Shown here: positions 49,748 to 61,984 of the stretch, one piece after another
Position numbering within the stretch: the first letter of the stretch is position 1
Layout of the letters: the number at the start of each line of letters is the position of its first letter
From: Malacoraja senta
Taxonomy: Eukaryota
NCBI GenBank assembly: GCA_038087875.1
Contig: JAXLNO010000130.1
Span: 1-64,000, forward strand
Reading direction: 5' to 3'
Length of the DNA stretch: 64,000 bases
The notes under the pieces: model-generated
What the model was told of the DNA's origin: nothing
Databases searched by the model: none
Seen by the model: only the letters and a program-made list of their open reading frames with translations
Made by a program: the position numbers and the translations under genes

Positions 49748-50600
49748 GATGCATGGCAGATGAAGTTTAATGTGGATGAATGTGAGGTTATCCACTTTGG
49801 TAGCAAAAACAGGAAGGCAGATTATTATCTAAATGGCATCAAGTTGGGAAAAGGGGAAGTACAACGGGATCTGGGGGTCCTTGTTCATCAGTCACTGAAA
49901 GTAAGCATGCAGGTACAGCAGGCAGTGAAGAAAGCGAATGGCATGTTGGCCTTCATAACAAGAGGAGTTGAGTATAGGAACAAAGAGGTCCATCTGCAGT
50001 TGTACAGGGCCCTGGTGAGACCACACCTGGAGTATTGTGTGCAGTTTTTGGTCTCCAAATTTGAGGAAGGTCATTCTTGCTATTGAGGGAGTGCAGCGTA
50101 GGTTTACAAGGTTAATTCCCGGGATGGTGGGACTGTCATATGCTGAGAGAATGGAGCGGCTGGGCTTGTATACTCTGGAGTTTAGAAGGATGAGAGGGGA
50201 TCTTATTGAAACATATAAGATTGTTAAGGGTTTGGACACGCTAGAGGCAGGAAACATGTTCCCGATGTTGGGGGAGTCCAGAACCAGGGGGCACAATTTA
50301 AGAATAAGGTGTAAGCCATTTAGAACGGAGATGAGGAAACACTTTTTCACTCGGAGAGTTGTGAGTCTGTGGAATTCTCTGCCTCAGAGGGCGGTGGAGG
50401 CAGGTTCTCTGGATACTTTCAAGAGAGAGCTAGATAGGGCAATTAAAAATAGCAGAGTCCGGGGATATGGGGAGAAGGCAGGAACAGGGTACTGATTGTG
50501 GATGATCAGCCATGATCACATTGAATGGCAGTGCTGGCTCGAAGGGCTGAATGGCCTACTCCTGCACCTATTGTCTATTGTCTATTGTCTATTGTCTATT
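49748..50600 (+). mobile_element. CR1 LINE subfamily A fragment
   Basis: ORFs 49760-50086 and 50037-50495. Confidence 0.9.
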
Positions 50601-51129
50601 GTGTCACACCGTTGTAGAGTGGTACAGCACGGAAACAGGCCCTTCGGCACAACTTCCCCAAGCCCCATCTACACTATACCCACCTGCCCGCATTTGGCCC
50701 ATGACGCTCAAAAACCTGTCCGATCCATGAGTCCGAAGAAGGGTCTCGACCCGAAACGTTGCCCATTCCTTCTCTCTGTCCCGCTGAGCTACCCCAGCAT
50801 TTTGTGTCTACCTTCGGTTTAAACCAGCATCTGCAGTTCCTTCCTACACGATCCACGTACTGTCCAAGTGTCTCGTAAATGTCAGATGACTTCAGTCCAG
50901 AGACACAGGTTTGAAACAGGCCCTTTGGCCCAACGAGTCCACGCCAACCAATGATCACCCCATACGCTAACACTACCCTACACCCTGGGGACAATCTTAC
51001 AGAAGCCAATTAACCTACAAACCTGGACGTCTTTGGAATGTGAGAAGAAACCGGAACACCCGGAGAAAACCCACGCAGGTCACGGGGAGACAATAGACAA
51101 TAGGTGCAGGAGTAGGCCATTCACCTATT

Positions 51130-51880
51130 TACCAGACTGATTCCTGGGTTGTCAGGACTTTCATATGAAGAAAGACTGGATAGACTTGGCTTATACTCGC
51201 TAGAATTTAGGAGATTTAGGAGATTGAGAGGGGATCTTATAGAAACGTACAAAATTCTTATGGGGTTGGACAGGCTAGATGCAGGAAGATTGTTCCCGAT
51301 GTTGGGGAAGTCCAGGACAAGGGGTCACAGCTTAAGGATAAGGGGGAAATCCCTTTAAGACCGAGATGAGGAAAAACTTTTTCACACAGAGAGTGGTGAA
51401 TCTCTGGAACTCTCTGCCACAGAGGGTAGTTGAGGCCAGTTCATTGGCTATATTTAAGAGGGAGTTAGATGTGGCCCTTGTGGCTAAAGGGGATCAGGGG
51501 GTATGGAGAGAAGGCAGGTACGGGATACTGAGTTGGATGATCAGCCGTGATCATATTGAATGGCGGTGCAGGCTCGAAGGGCAGAATGGCCTACTCCTGC
51601 ACCTATTTTCTATGTATCTATATATCTATTCGGCCCTTCGAGCCAGCACCGCCATTCAATGTGATCATGGCTGATCATCCCCAATCAGTACCCCGTTCCT
51701 GCCTTCTCCCCATATCCCCTGACTCCACTATCTTTAAGAGCCCTATCTAGCTCTCTCTTGAAAGCATCCAGAGAACCTGCCTCCACCGCCCTCTGAGGCA
51801 GAGAATTCCACAGACTCACAGCTCTCTGTGAGAAAAAGTGTTTCCTCGTCTCCGTTCTAAATGGCTTACTCCTTATTGTT
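51130..51880. mobile_element. Tail-to-tail CR1 fragments (B on +, 51130-51625; A on -, 51628-51880)
   Basis: CR1 3' coding motifs and UTRs in opposite orientation. Confidence 0.82.
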
Positions 51881-53151
51881 AAACGGGGTGAACGTACGGA
51901 CGGTGTACAGGCAGTGCCCTTAGTCAGGATCGAACCGGGTTTTTTTTGGCGCTGTGAAGCAGTTACGCCACCGTGGCGCCCTAAATGCTGTGATAGTTCC
52001 TGCCTTCTTCTTGCGTTTGAGGCAGCAGAGGTTATGTAACGGCCTCCAGGCGCTGTCTCCAGTTCAATGTGCTGTTGTCGAGGGCCGTGAGGTCTACCCC
52101 TCCACCGGGGGGGTGGGGGGGGGGGGGGTACAGCGCAGTCGAAATGTCGTGCTGCTGCGCTGTTTGCTGGTCTGCTCCACACACGCAGGCTGCTGATGAA
52201 CGCAGCCCCCCAGCGATGAGTGTTGGCGTTGAACCGGCCGACCCCTGTACAGGGCGACCCACTCTTTTGGAAAGGGGGGCGGGGGGTGGGCAGGCCCGAC
52301 CCGAGTGGGGCTGTGGCGTTCGGTATCCACAGTGAATTGCGGAAGTGGTGAAGTCTGTTCCCAGCTGGTTCTCCATGCCTCAACTAACTACTTCTGGAAG
52401 CTTATTGCATATCACCACCACCCGCCGAGTGAAAACGTTGCCTCTCAGGTCCCCATTAAATCTTTCCCCTCTCACCTTAAACCTACACCCTCTGGTTCTT
52501 GATTCCCCTACTCTGGGTAAAAGTCTCTGTGCATGTTATTTGCACTTTATCAGTATATTGACCATTGTGTATATATTTATAGAACGCCTTGTAGTAAATG
52601 CCTACTATGTTCTGTTGTGCTCAAGCAAAGCAAGAATTTCATTGTCCTACCAGGGACACATGACAATAAACTCACTTGACTTGACTTGACTTGACCCTAT
52701 CTGCTCCTCTCATGATCTTACCCACCTCATCCCCCTGCGCTGGAAGGAATACAGTCCCAGGCTGCTCAATCTCACCCTATAGCTCATGCCCTCAAGTCCT
52801 GGCAACATGCTCCTGGCATAAACACACCGTAGCGATTGCGTGGCCCGGTGGCTCAGCGGTGGAGCTGCTTGCTGCCTTACAGCTCCAGGGATCTGCGTTG
52901 AATCCTGACTTTCTCTGCCTCAGAGGGCGGTGGAGGCAGGTTCTCTGCGTGCTTCTGCACCTACTCCTGCACCTATTGTCTATTGCCTTATGTGTGTAGT
53001 AGTGCCGTGTTCTTCTTGCGTGTGGCGTGCACAGCCTAAAGTTGTAAGACAACTTGTTCTGTTTGAACTTCCGTTTGTGCACGCCGGGTTGATTGCATTC
53101 GTCGAACCGGGTGGACCACGTGAAGGTGGCCACTATAATAGTGTCACTTAC

Positions 53152-53430
53152 CCCGCACAAGATGTCCTGGACAAACACGGCGCAGGTGTGGTACAGGGAG
53201 TAGTCGACGTTGTCCATCACCCTGTAGAAGCGACTCCTGATCTCCCCGTCCTTGACCGAGTCGCAGCAGCCCAGGCTGGAGTAGCGGGTGCAGAAGGCCA
53301 GGGCTTGGGGAGGGCGGAAGGGAGGTTTGAAGTCCAGGCACTGGGGGTGGCCACTGACCAGAGGAAGGACGCAGGGGAGGAGGATACAAAATGGCCACGT
53401 CCTGCTGTTCACCCACCGGCCAGAAACCAC
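53152..53430 (-). CDS. HHIPL1: HHIP-like protein 1, coding exon 1 (signal peptide plus HPQCLDFKPPF..GCCD..DILC); start codon unresolved
   Basis: Hydrophobic segment then HPQCLDF; donor GGG|GTAAGT, phase 0, joins KCSPYAAH; the frame opens after TGA at 53454-52 with GTG only. Confidence 0.82.
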
Positions 53431-54634
53431 CGCCGCCTGTTCCGGCCTCCCTCATCTCAACGACAGCGACAGTCAGTCCCAGTCCCAGTCCCGGTCCCGG
53501 TCCCGGCCCGAGACGTCACCCATTCCTTCTCTCCGGAGATGCTGCCTGTCCCGCTGAGTTACTCCAGCTTTTCTGTGTCTACCTTCAAAGAAAGTGGCTG
53601 ACTGCAAACTACAGCAAAGAAAAACAAACGCTGGCCCTGTCAACTCCCACCGGACTGTGAACTTTGCCCAGGGACCTGCTTCTCACAGCCACGATCCCAG
53701 TCGTCATTTATGGGTAATCTTTCAACTGCTTTATCTGTGACCCAATGCAAACAGAGCCCAGCACAACAGTAAACGAGTTAAAATATAACTGTCTTTCACT
53801 GGAGAATATACCTTTACTATCTAAATGGCGTCAAGTTGGGAAAAGGGGAAGTACAACGGGATCTGGGGGTCCTTTACATCAGTCTATGAAAGTAAGCAGG
53901 TTACACAAAAATGCTGGAGAAACTCAGCGGGTGCAGCAGCATCTATGGAGGGAAGGGAATAGGCAATGTTTCGGGCCGAAAAACCCTTCTTCAGACTGAT
54001 AGGGGGTGGGGGGGGGGGGGGGGGGGGTGGGCAGGGAGAAAAAAGGGAAAAGGAGGAGCCTGAGGGCTGAGGGAGAGATAGGAAGGGGAGGAGACAGCAA
54101 GGGCTAACAAAATAGGGAGAATAGTAAGATTAAACGAGAACTTACCAGTTTGAAGTTTGATCTTTATTTTATGAGGAGTTACGTCGAGGGATTACGTGAA
54201 GAACCCACCAGCACGCATGCGCGACATTCTTCAATGCAGCGGTGTGGAATCACAGTAATAGTAATGAAATAAACATAGTAAGATAAGAAGAACTAGGATA
54301 CCAGTTGACCTTTACAAGAGGGGTGGGCGTGGAGGGCACGTAATCCCTCGACGTAACTCCTCATAAAATAAAGATCAAACTTCAAACTGGTAAGTTCTCG
54401 TTTAATCTTACTATTTTACTTCGGAGTCACGTGAGTGACTACGTGAAGATTTTAAAGCTCTGTGATTTCATGCCGTGGAACAAGTCCATGCCTCACTCAC
54501 TCACTCGTCATCCAAGGGAGGAAGTATGTTATCGTCATCAAACATGAATCCATTTTTCAACCAATAACGATTTATTTATTTATTTTTTAACAAAGAAAAT
54601 AATGCTCCCTCGGGCTAAATTATATTGCAGAACT

Positions 54635-55603
54635 TTAAATTCTTTCTGCAAACACTGCAGGTTTGGCGATCGGCTTATTATAAAATATTTGGAAAGTCTT
54701 TTCCGTAGACCATCCTGCTGTCGCCAGGATATGGTCCATTGGTACCTCCATATTTCTTGCCGCCGATGTTGCTGCTGCCCTGGTGGAGTGAGATTTTAAA
54801 ATGTCAGTATCCACCCCAGCAGCCCCCAGAACCTGTCTGAGCCATCTTGAGATGGTCTGTACTGACACCCGTCCATGAGGCTGTTTGAAACTAACCCATA
54901 ATGCCATTTTGCTTCCTCTTAAGGACTTTGTTGTCCTAAGATAAAGCAGTAGGTGTGTCATGACACACAAACGGGGGTCAGATGAGTATGCCCGGAATTC
55001 CAAACTCAGTCCCAAAGTCCCTGGTCTATTCTGTTTGACCAACTCCAAGATCCGGAAGGTTATCTTGTCAGTTGATGTTTTCATATTGTCCAATCTTAAT
55101 TTGTATAGGACTGGACCCTTTGAGCTGAGACCAAAGCCATCAGCATTACTGTTTTCAGTGTGAGCTGTTCCAGGGACAGGGACATTGCTGGTGACCAACC
55201 CCTTAGCAATGTCAGTACAACACTGACGTCCCAGATCTGGGTGTACCTTGGTCTGGGGGGGATTGGTGTTGTAGATACCCCTCATTAGTTTGGCAACTAG
55301 AGGGTGGGATCCCATGGACTGCTGTCCCGGTGCCTGCCATAAATATGCTGACAGAGCACTCCTAGCACTGTTAATTGTGCTGTAACTCAGTCCTTCATCA
55401 AAGTGAAGGCTGGATAGGAACTCCAGGACATTGGTAACTGTAGCTGATTTGTATGCTACCCCAGTCCTTGAGCAGTACACTTCCCACTTCCGAATGCTGG
55501 AGATGTACTGCTTCTTAGTGGATTCTCGGTAGGCCGCCGTGACCACGTTCATGGTCCTGTCCGACAATCCCAGATCCAAAAGAGGTCTTTTTAAATTCTG
55601 CAA
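54635..55603 (-). pseudogene. DIRS tyrosine recombinase with two compensating frameshifts
   Basis: GLSYSTINSARSALS, KSHSTRAAATS, AGW, FYNKP; the segment at about 55255-55110 is out of frame (the alternative frame reads RYTQIWDVSVVL..LTLKTVMLMALVSAQRVQS). Confidence 0.88.
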
Positions 55604-57609
55604 GCCAACAGATTTATCCTGTCATGGCATGGATGACTTTCGCCCGTAACAGGATGGACCAAGAGATCTGGTCTTTTGGGAATGGTCATGAGTGGTTCAG
55701 AGACCATGTCGAGGACCACAGGGAACCATGGCTGTGTAGGCCAATCGGGTACTACCAAAATACCTGAAGCTGAGTCCATTTGTATTTTGCGTGGGACCCG
55801 ACTGATGAGGCAGAAGGGGGGAAAGGCATAGAAAAACAATTTTCCCCAATTCAGCGAAAACGCGTCCATCGTTGCTGCCTCAGGGTCTGGTTCCCAAGCG
55901 ACATATGTTGGTAACTGGTGATTCAGTCTGGATGCAAAGAGATCGATATCAGGTGTACCATACCGTATTGTAATATCAGCAAATACTTTGTGGTTCAACA
56001 TCCATTCGGTGTTGTCATTAAATGTTTGTGACCTGGTGTCTGCCACTGTATTGAGCTTACCTGGTAGGTAAGTTGCTGATAGCCAAATATGTGTGTCGAC
56101 ACACCATTGCCAGATTGTGCTGACCAAATCGTCACACGATATCGATTTTATTCCACCCATATGATTAATATAAGCCACCACTGTGGTATTGTCAATTTGT
56201 AGGCAGACATGCAAATGGTGCATAGCTGAACAGTAAGCTTTTAGCCCATAAAACGCACCCTACATTTCTAAGTAATTTATACCCAGTGTCTGTAGTAGTG
56301 ATGACTCTTGTATGTTCCATCTACCACCAGTACTAGATATAGTGTTAGTTGCTCCCCAGCCCTGAGCACTGGCATCCGTTTGTAATGTGAATGATGGGTT
56401 ACTAATAACGATGGGGCTGGAACTATGCCAAATGTTTTCTCTCCACCATTGTAACTCCGAAATTGCTTTGGCTGGTAATTGCATATGTCGATCAAAATGA
56501 CCTTTATGTTGTTTTAGTGCTTGCACCTTTGCCCTTTGTAAATGTTGGCAATGCAAAGGTCCAAACTGAGTAGCTGGAAATGCTGCTACTAGTTTCCCAA
56601 TCACTTTTGCCACCTGTCGAATAGATGGTTGATTAGTAACAATCAATTTGTTGCAGACTTCCACCAAATCTGCTGCTTTGTCATTTGGCAATGTTACAGA
56701 CATGTGGACAGAGTTAATTGTGAATCCCAGATAGTCCATAGTTGTGGATGGTGTCAACTTAGATTTATCTGGATGTATGATAAACCCCAGTGTTTCAAAC
56801 AGATGTTTGGTAGCTAAAACCACTGATTTAGCTAATTCCAGGGTTTTCCCCACAATCAAAATATCATCAAGATATGCCATAACAATATGTTTTTGTTTCC
56901 TTAGTATTGCCAAGGCTGGTTTCAATATCTTGGTAAATAGTCTTGGGGCTGATGTTAACCCATTAGGCAACGGTTTATACTGCCATAGTTGCCCCATCCA
57001 GTTAAATTTTAGGTATCTACGATGATCCTTATGAATGGGTACTGAATAGTATGCATCTTTTAAATCGATGCATGCCATGAAGTATCCTTCGGAAACTAAT
57101 TGTTTGGCAGTAACAAATGTTTCCATTTTGAAATGTATATAGTTAACAAAAGTATTCAGTCTAGTTAAGTCAATGATGATGCGACATCCACCATCTTTCT
57201 TAGTTTTTGTAAATATGTTCGATACAAATTCCAGAGAGTCATGCTCCGTTCTCTCTATAACTCCTTTAGCATGTAACCTCACCAGTTCTGCATGTCCTTT
57301 GAATGTTTCCCCTTGTGAGAGTACAAACTCCCTGTCAGGTACATGTTGAACTGGTGGCATACTTTTTTGGATGAAATCAATTTTGTATCCCTGAATACTT
57401 TGTAGTACATATTTATCAAATGTAATATTCCTCCATGCTTCCCAAAACAAGTGTAACCTTCCCCCTGTTAGTACAGGACCTACACCTTTTATGTTCTGGA
57501 AGGAACCAGACCCACCTACCTCCATGGTTACCGGTGGTAAGTTCATTTCTTCCGCCTCTGTCTCTTCACTGGTTGAGGCGCCGGAGTGTGGGGTTGGCGC
57601 ATCTTCCAT
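55591..57609 (-). pseudogene. DIRS RT-RNaseH-methyltransferase-like ORF with one in-frame TAG at 56262-56260
   Basis: RT: IDLKDAYY, LPNGLTSAPRLFTK, YLDD. RNaseH: TDASAQGWG, INYLEM, IDNTT. MTase-like: IDLFASRLN, DAF, YAFPPF. Confidence 0.92.
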
Positions 57610-58769
57610 GAGGGCCGCTCTGGGCCTTGGCCTAAAAAAGACCTTTGTGGTTGATGTGTGGCCCTCACGCTTTCACCAGCACCCTGGTGTTGATGCCTGC
57701 TGGTGGATGCATAGGGGTGCTGCCGCCTGGGGTGTGTAGTTTTGCTCGTTCCTGCAGCTGCCCTCATAAGTCCAACGGCTTTAGACTCTTCGTCCAGTTC
57801 TTTTACTTGTTTGGACAAGTCTTTCCCAAACAGCAGTATTTGTGGCTGTGCAGTTGCAGTTTTGCACAACCCTGCGAATTTGGGGTTGAGGGCAGGTTTG
57901 ATGGCGTTCTTCCGCAGGCAGTTTATTTCATACTGTGTATTACACAGTAGGGCCAGTGTGTCCTGCTGGTTATTGGTCATTTCGACCCCATCAACAGAAC
58001 GAGCGTAGGACGTTATAGCTGAAGTCAGAAGTTTTAATATCTTCTGAAGCTTCACCTCCTGGGCCCTTATGCCCAGCCCAATGTTCCCCCAGATTTGGCT
58101 GTTGACGTCAGGTACATTTAGCAAGATGCAGTTCTCCGGAGGTATATATTTGTCCATTGTTTCATTGACTACCTGTTCCTGTAGAGGGTGGAAGGACAGG
58201 TAGTCTATACTGGCCGCCAGTTTGGTCTGCAATGGTTGTCCCGCCCGCGGTGGTACCCCAAACTTGTGGACCACTCCCAGCAGCTCTACCTGGTCCTGCA
58301 CCCCCAGCACACTGCTGGTATCTTCAGCCATGAACCCCTCTTCCAGGCCAGCCCAGCCCTGGCCCCCAACGCTCCCCTCTGTCGAGGGAGATGCGATGGA
58401 CAGCGCCGAATACGTTGTGCTGTTGTGGGTGTGCGAGCACTCCCGTGGTCGAGCTTGCTCCATCTCCCGGAGCAAGTCTCGCTGGAGCATCTGCTCCATC
58501 AACCGCTCCATGCGGGATAGACGGCCACCTTTGCTGCTCTCGGGCAGCGCGTCCTCCTGACCGGACTCGTCCGAGTCTATCGGCTGGACCGACTTCTGCT
58601 TCGCCTTGCCTCCAACCCGCTGCGTTGGTTCCAGCTGAGCAGCTTGCGGAGTTGGGCTTGGCTGCGCAGAGTTACAGTCGGTGACTGTGGACCGCAGGGA
58701 ATGCGGTCCCGGTGCCGTCGGTCGCCCCCCCCCTGCCGGAACCTTCCTTTGTTTTTCTCCCTTGTCCAT
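57543..58769 (-). CDS. DIRS ORF1 (gag-like)
   Basis: Open frame from ATG at 58769 (MDKGEKQ..), overlapping the start of the RT ORF; homologous remnants in the two other copies. Confidence 0.8.
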   Translation of the reverse strand: MDKGEKQRKVPAGGGRPTAPGPHSLRSTVTDCNSAQPSPTPQAAQLEPTQRVGGKAKQKSVQPIDSDESGQEDALPESSKGGRLSRMERLMEQMLQRDLLREMEQARPRECSHTHNSTTYSALSIASPSTEGSVGGQGWAGLEEGFMAEDTSSVLGVQDQVELLGVVHKFGVPPRAGQPLQTKLAASIDYLSFHPLQEQVVNETMDKYIPPENCILLNVPDVNSQIWGNIGLGIRAQEVKLQKILKLLTSAITSYARSVDGVEMTNNQQDTLALLCNTQYEINCLRKNAIKPALNPKFAGLCKTATAQPQILLFGKDLSKQVKELDEESKAVGLMRAAAGTSKTTHPRRQHPYASTSRHQHQGAGESVRATHQPQRSFLGQGPERPSWKMRQPHTPAPQPVKRQRRKK

Positions 58770-59029
58770 AGCTGCTAAAAACAAACTCAACAAGGGTTGC
58801 AAATAACGACCTCAGACTAAGATTCCCTTACCTGCAGGTCCCGTTTTAAATCTTGCCGCGGGAGAGCTCTTCCCCCGCCCGTCGTGTTGCACTGCGTGAG
58901 ACGCTATGTCGCGCATGCGTGCTGGCGGGGCCTTCACGTAGTCACTCACGTGACTCCAAAGTAAAATCATAGAGTTGGAGGGAAGGGGGGGATCACAGAG
59001 GGGGGGGGGGGGCAGTTAGAGAGGAGGAA

Positions 59030-59900
59030 ATGGCAGGTTGGCCTTTATAACAAGAGGAGTCGAATATAGGAGCAAAGAGGTCCTTCTGCAGTTGTACAGG
59101 GCCCTAGTGAGGCCACACCTGGAGTATTGTGTGCAGTTTTGGTCCACTAATTTGAGGAAGGACATTCTTGCTATTGAGGGAGTGCAGCGTAGGTTTACAA
59201 GGTTAATTCCCGGGATGGCGGTACTGTCATATGCTGACAGAATGGAGCGGCTGGGCTTGTACACTCTGGAGTTTAGAAGGATGAGAGGGCATCTTATTGA
59301 AACATATAAGATTGTTAAGGGTTTGGACACGCTAGAGGCAGGAAACATGTTCCCGATGTTGGGGGAGTCCAGAACCAGGGGCCACAGTTTAAGAATAAGG
59401 AGTAAGCCATTTAGAACGGAGACGAGGAAACACTTTTTCACTCGGAGAGTGGTGAGTCTGTGGAATTCTCTGCCTCAGAGGGCGGTGGAGGCCGGTTCTC
59501 TGGATACTTTCAAGAGAGAGTTAGGTAGGGCTCTTAAAGATAGCGGAGTCGGGGGATATGGGGAGAAGGCAGGAACTGGTTGTATCGTGGCTTGGTTCGG
59601 CAACTTCAGCGTCCAGGACCGGAAAAGAATGCAGAAAGTTGTGACCACTGCCCAGTCCATCATCGGCTCTGACCTCCCCACCATCGAAGGGATCGATCGC
59701 AGTCGCTGCCTCAAAAAGGCTGCCAACATCATCAAAGACCCACACCATCCTGGCCACACGCTCATCTCTCCGCTGCCATCGGGAAAAATGTACAGGAGCC
59801 TGATTGGGGATGATCAGCCATGATCACATTGAATGGCGGTGCTGGCTCGAAGGGCTGAATGGCCTACTCCTGCACCTATTGTCTATTGTCTATTGTCTAT
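59030..59900 (+). mobile_element. CR1 3' fragment containing a Rex1-like insert (59580-59800)
   Basis: ORF 59038-59823 switches from CR1 (GEKAGTG) to Rex1-like CIVAWFGN..PLPSGK; the CR1 UTR resumes at 59800. Confidence 0.8.
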
Positions 59901-60859
59901 AAGAGAGTTTTATTGTCATGTGTCCCAGAGGGGACAATGAAATTCTTGCTTGCTGCAGCACAACAGAATATAGTAAGCATAAATGTGTCTATATAGCACA
60001 TAAATAAACAGATAAAGTGCAATAGGCTGATATAGTTCAGAGTTTTAAAGAAGGAAGTACACAAAAATGCTGGAGAAACTCAGCGGGTGCAGCAGCATCT
60101 ATGGATACAGGTGAGGGTGGGGGGTTGGTTGGCACAGGCCACAGGTGAAAAGGAGAGAAAAGGGTGTCAAAGAAGGGGAGAAGAGAAGTGAGGAGAGGAA
60201 AGCTGGAGGAGGGAGGGAGGGATAAGGGTGGGAGTGGACAGGAGAGAGACAAGGGAAATGGAGGACTCGGGGATGGGTGATGGGAGGAGGGGCAAGAAGG
60301 GGCAAGGAGCAGGGAGACTTGGGGAGGGGATGGTCGGAGAGATAGCCGAAGGAGAGATAGTCTGAGGAAGGGTTTCGGCCCGAAACGTTACCTATTTCCT
60401 TCGCTCCATAGATGCTGCTGCACCCGCTGAGTTTCTCCAGCATTTTTGTGTACCATAGTTCAGAGTTTGTTTGATGTTGTGTTTAATAGCCTGATGGCTG
60501 TGGGGAAGATGCTGTTCCTGAACCTGGATGTTGCAGATTTCAGGCTCCTGTACATTTATCCCGAAATGAGTGTGTGGCCAGGATGGTGTGGGTCTTTGAT
60601 GATATTGGCAGCCTTTTTGAGGCAGCGACTGGGATAGATCCCCTCGATGGTGGGGAGGTCAGAGCCGATGATGGACTGGGCAGTGGTCACAACTTTCTGC
60701 ATTCTTTTCCGCTCCTGGACGTTCAAGTTGCCGAACCAAGCCGCGATGCAGCCGGTCAAATGTTGCTCCTCAGATCTCCATTAAATCTTTCCGCTCTCAC
60801 CTTCATCCACTGGTTCTCGATTCCCCTACTCTGGGTAAAAGATTGCCCTCTTGAACTGT

Positions 60860-61750
60860 AGATGAGGCTCTCTCCAGGGTCTCTTCTATACCCCGTGACT
60901 CCGCTCTCACTCCCCATTCCCCCACTCGTAACAAGGGCAGAGTCCCCTAGTCCTCACCTTCCACCCTACCAGCCGTCACATACAACAAATAATCCTCCAA
61001 CATTTTCGGCCACCTCCAACGGGATCTCACTACTGGCCACTTCTTCCCATCTCCTCCCCTGTCTGCTTTCCGCAGAGACCGCTCCCTCCGTAACCCCCTG
61101 GACAATTTGTCCCTTCCCAACCAAACCACCCCCTCCCCTGGCACTTTCCCTTGCAACCGCAGGAAATGCTACACTTATCGCTTTACCTCCCCCCTCGACT
61201 CAATCCAAGGACCCAAGCAGTCTTTCCAGGTGAGGCAGAGGTTCACCTGCACCTCCTCCAACCTCATCTATTGCATCCGCTGCTCTAGGTGTCAGCTGCT
61301 CTACATCGGTGAGACCAAGCGTAGGCTTGGCGATCGTTTCGCCCAACACCTCCGCTCAGTTCGCAATAACCAACCTGATCTCCCGGTGGCTCAGCAACTC
61401 AACTCCCCCTCCCATTCCCAATCCAACCTTTCTGTCCTGGGCCTCCTCCATGGCCAGAGTGAGTCCCACTGCAAATTGGAGGAGCAGCACCTTATATTTT
61501 TCACTTGCGTAGTTTACACCTCAGCGGTATGAACATTGAATTCTCCAATTTCAGGTAGTCCCTTGCTTTCTCCCTCCTTCCCCTCCCCTTCCCAGCTCTC
61601 CCATAGCCCACTGTCTCCGCCTCTTCCTTTCTTCTTCCCCCCACCCCCACCCCCCACATCAGTCTGAAGAAGGGTCTCGACCCGAAACATCACCCATTCC
61701 TTCGCTCCATAGATGCTGCCTCACTTGCTGAGTTTCTCCAGCATTTTTGT
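60860..61750 (+). mobile_element. Penelope-like element 3' part: Cys-containing GIY-YIG domain plus pLTR with hammerhead-like motif at 61663-61691
   Basis: FPCNRRKC..FTCTSSNLIYCIRCSRCQLLYIGETKRRLGDRFAQH. Confidence 0.88.
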
Positions 61751-61984
61751 CTGCCCTCTTCACCCTGCTCCTTCCCCCCCCTTTTTACATTCATCCCTCA
61801 ACCTCAACTCCCCGATTTCCATTTTAGCCCCACTTTCCCCCCTCCCCACCCCCGTTCCCTTCTCCCCCACATCCCATCCTCCAGCATTACATCTCACTCC
61901 TCCTCTTCTCCCCCCCCCTCTTATCTGACATCCTTTCATCTCCTTTCACCTCATCATCGTTACTTACTCCACCCATCTGCCATG

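Larger units (their letters stand above)
54120..58967 (-). mobile_element. Near full-length DIRS1-type tyrosine-recombinase retrotransposon (4848 bp)
   Basis: gag, RT/RNaseH/MTase and YR ORFs; 5' ITR at about 58905-58967, 3' ITR plus extension at 54120-54228, ICR at 54337-54448; AAT at both ends. Confidence 0.95.

Noticed and set aside
54635..56223. Phage integrase plus dam methylase as bacterial contamination or HGT
   Set aside because: Both are normal DIRS1 domains enclosed by the ITR/ICR structure
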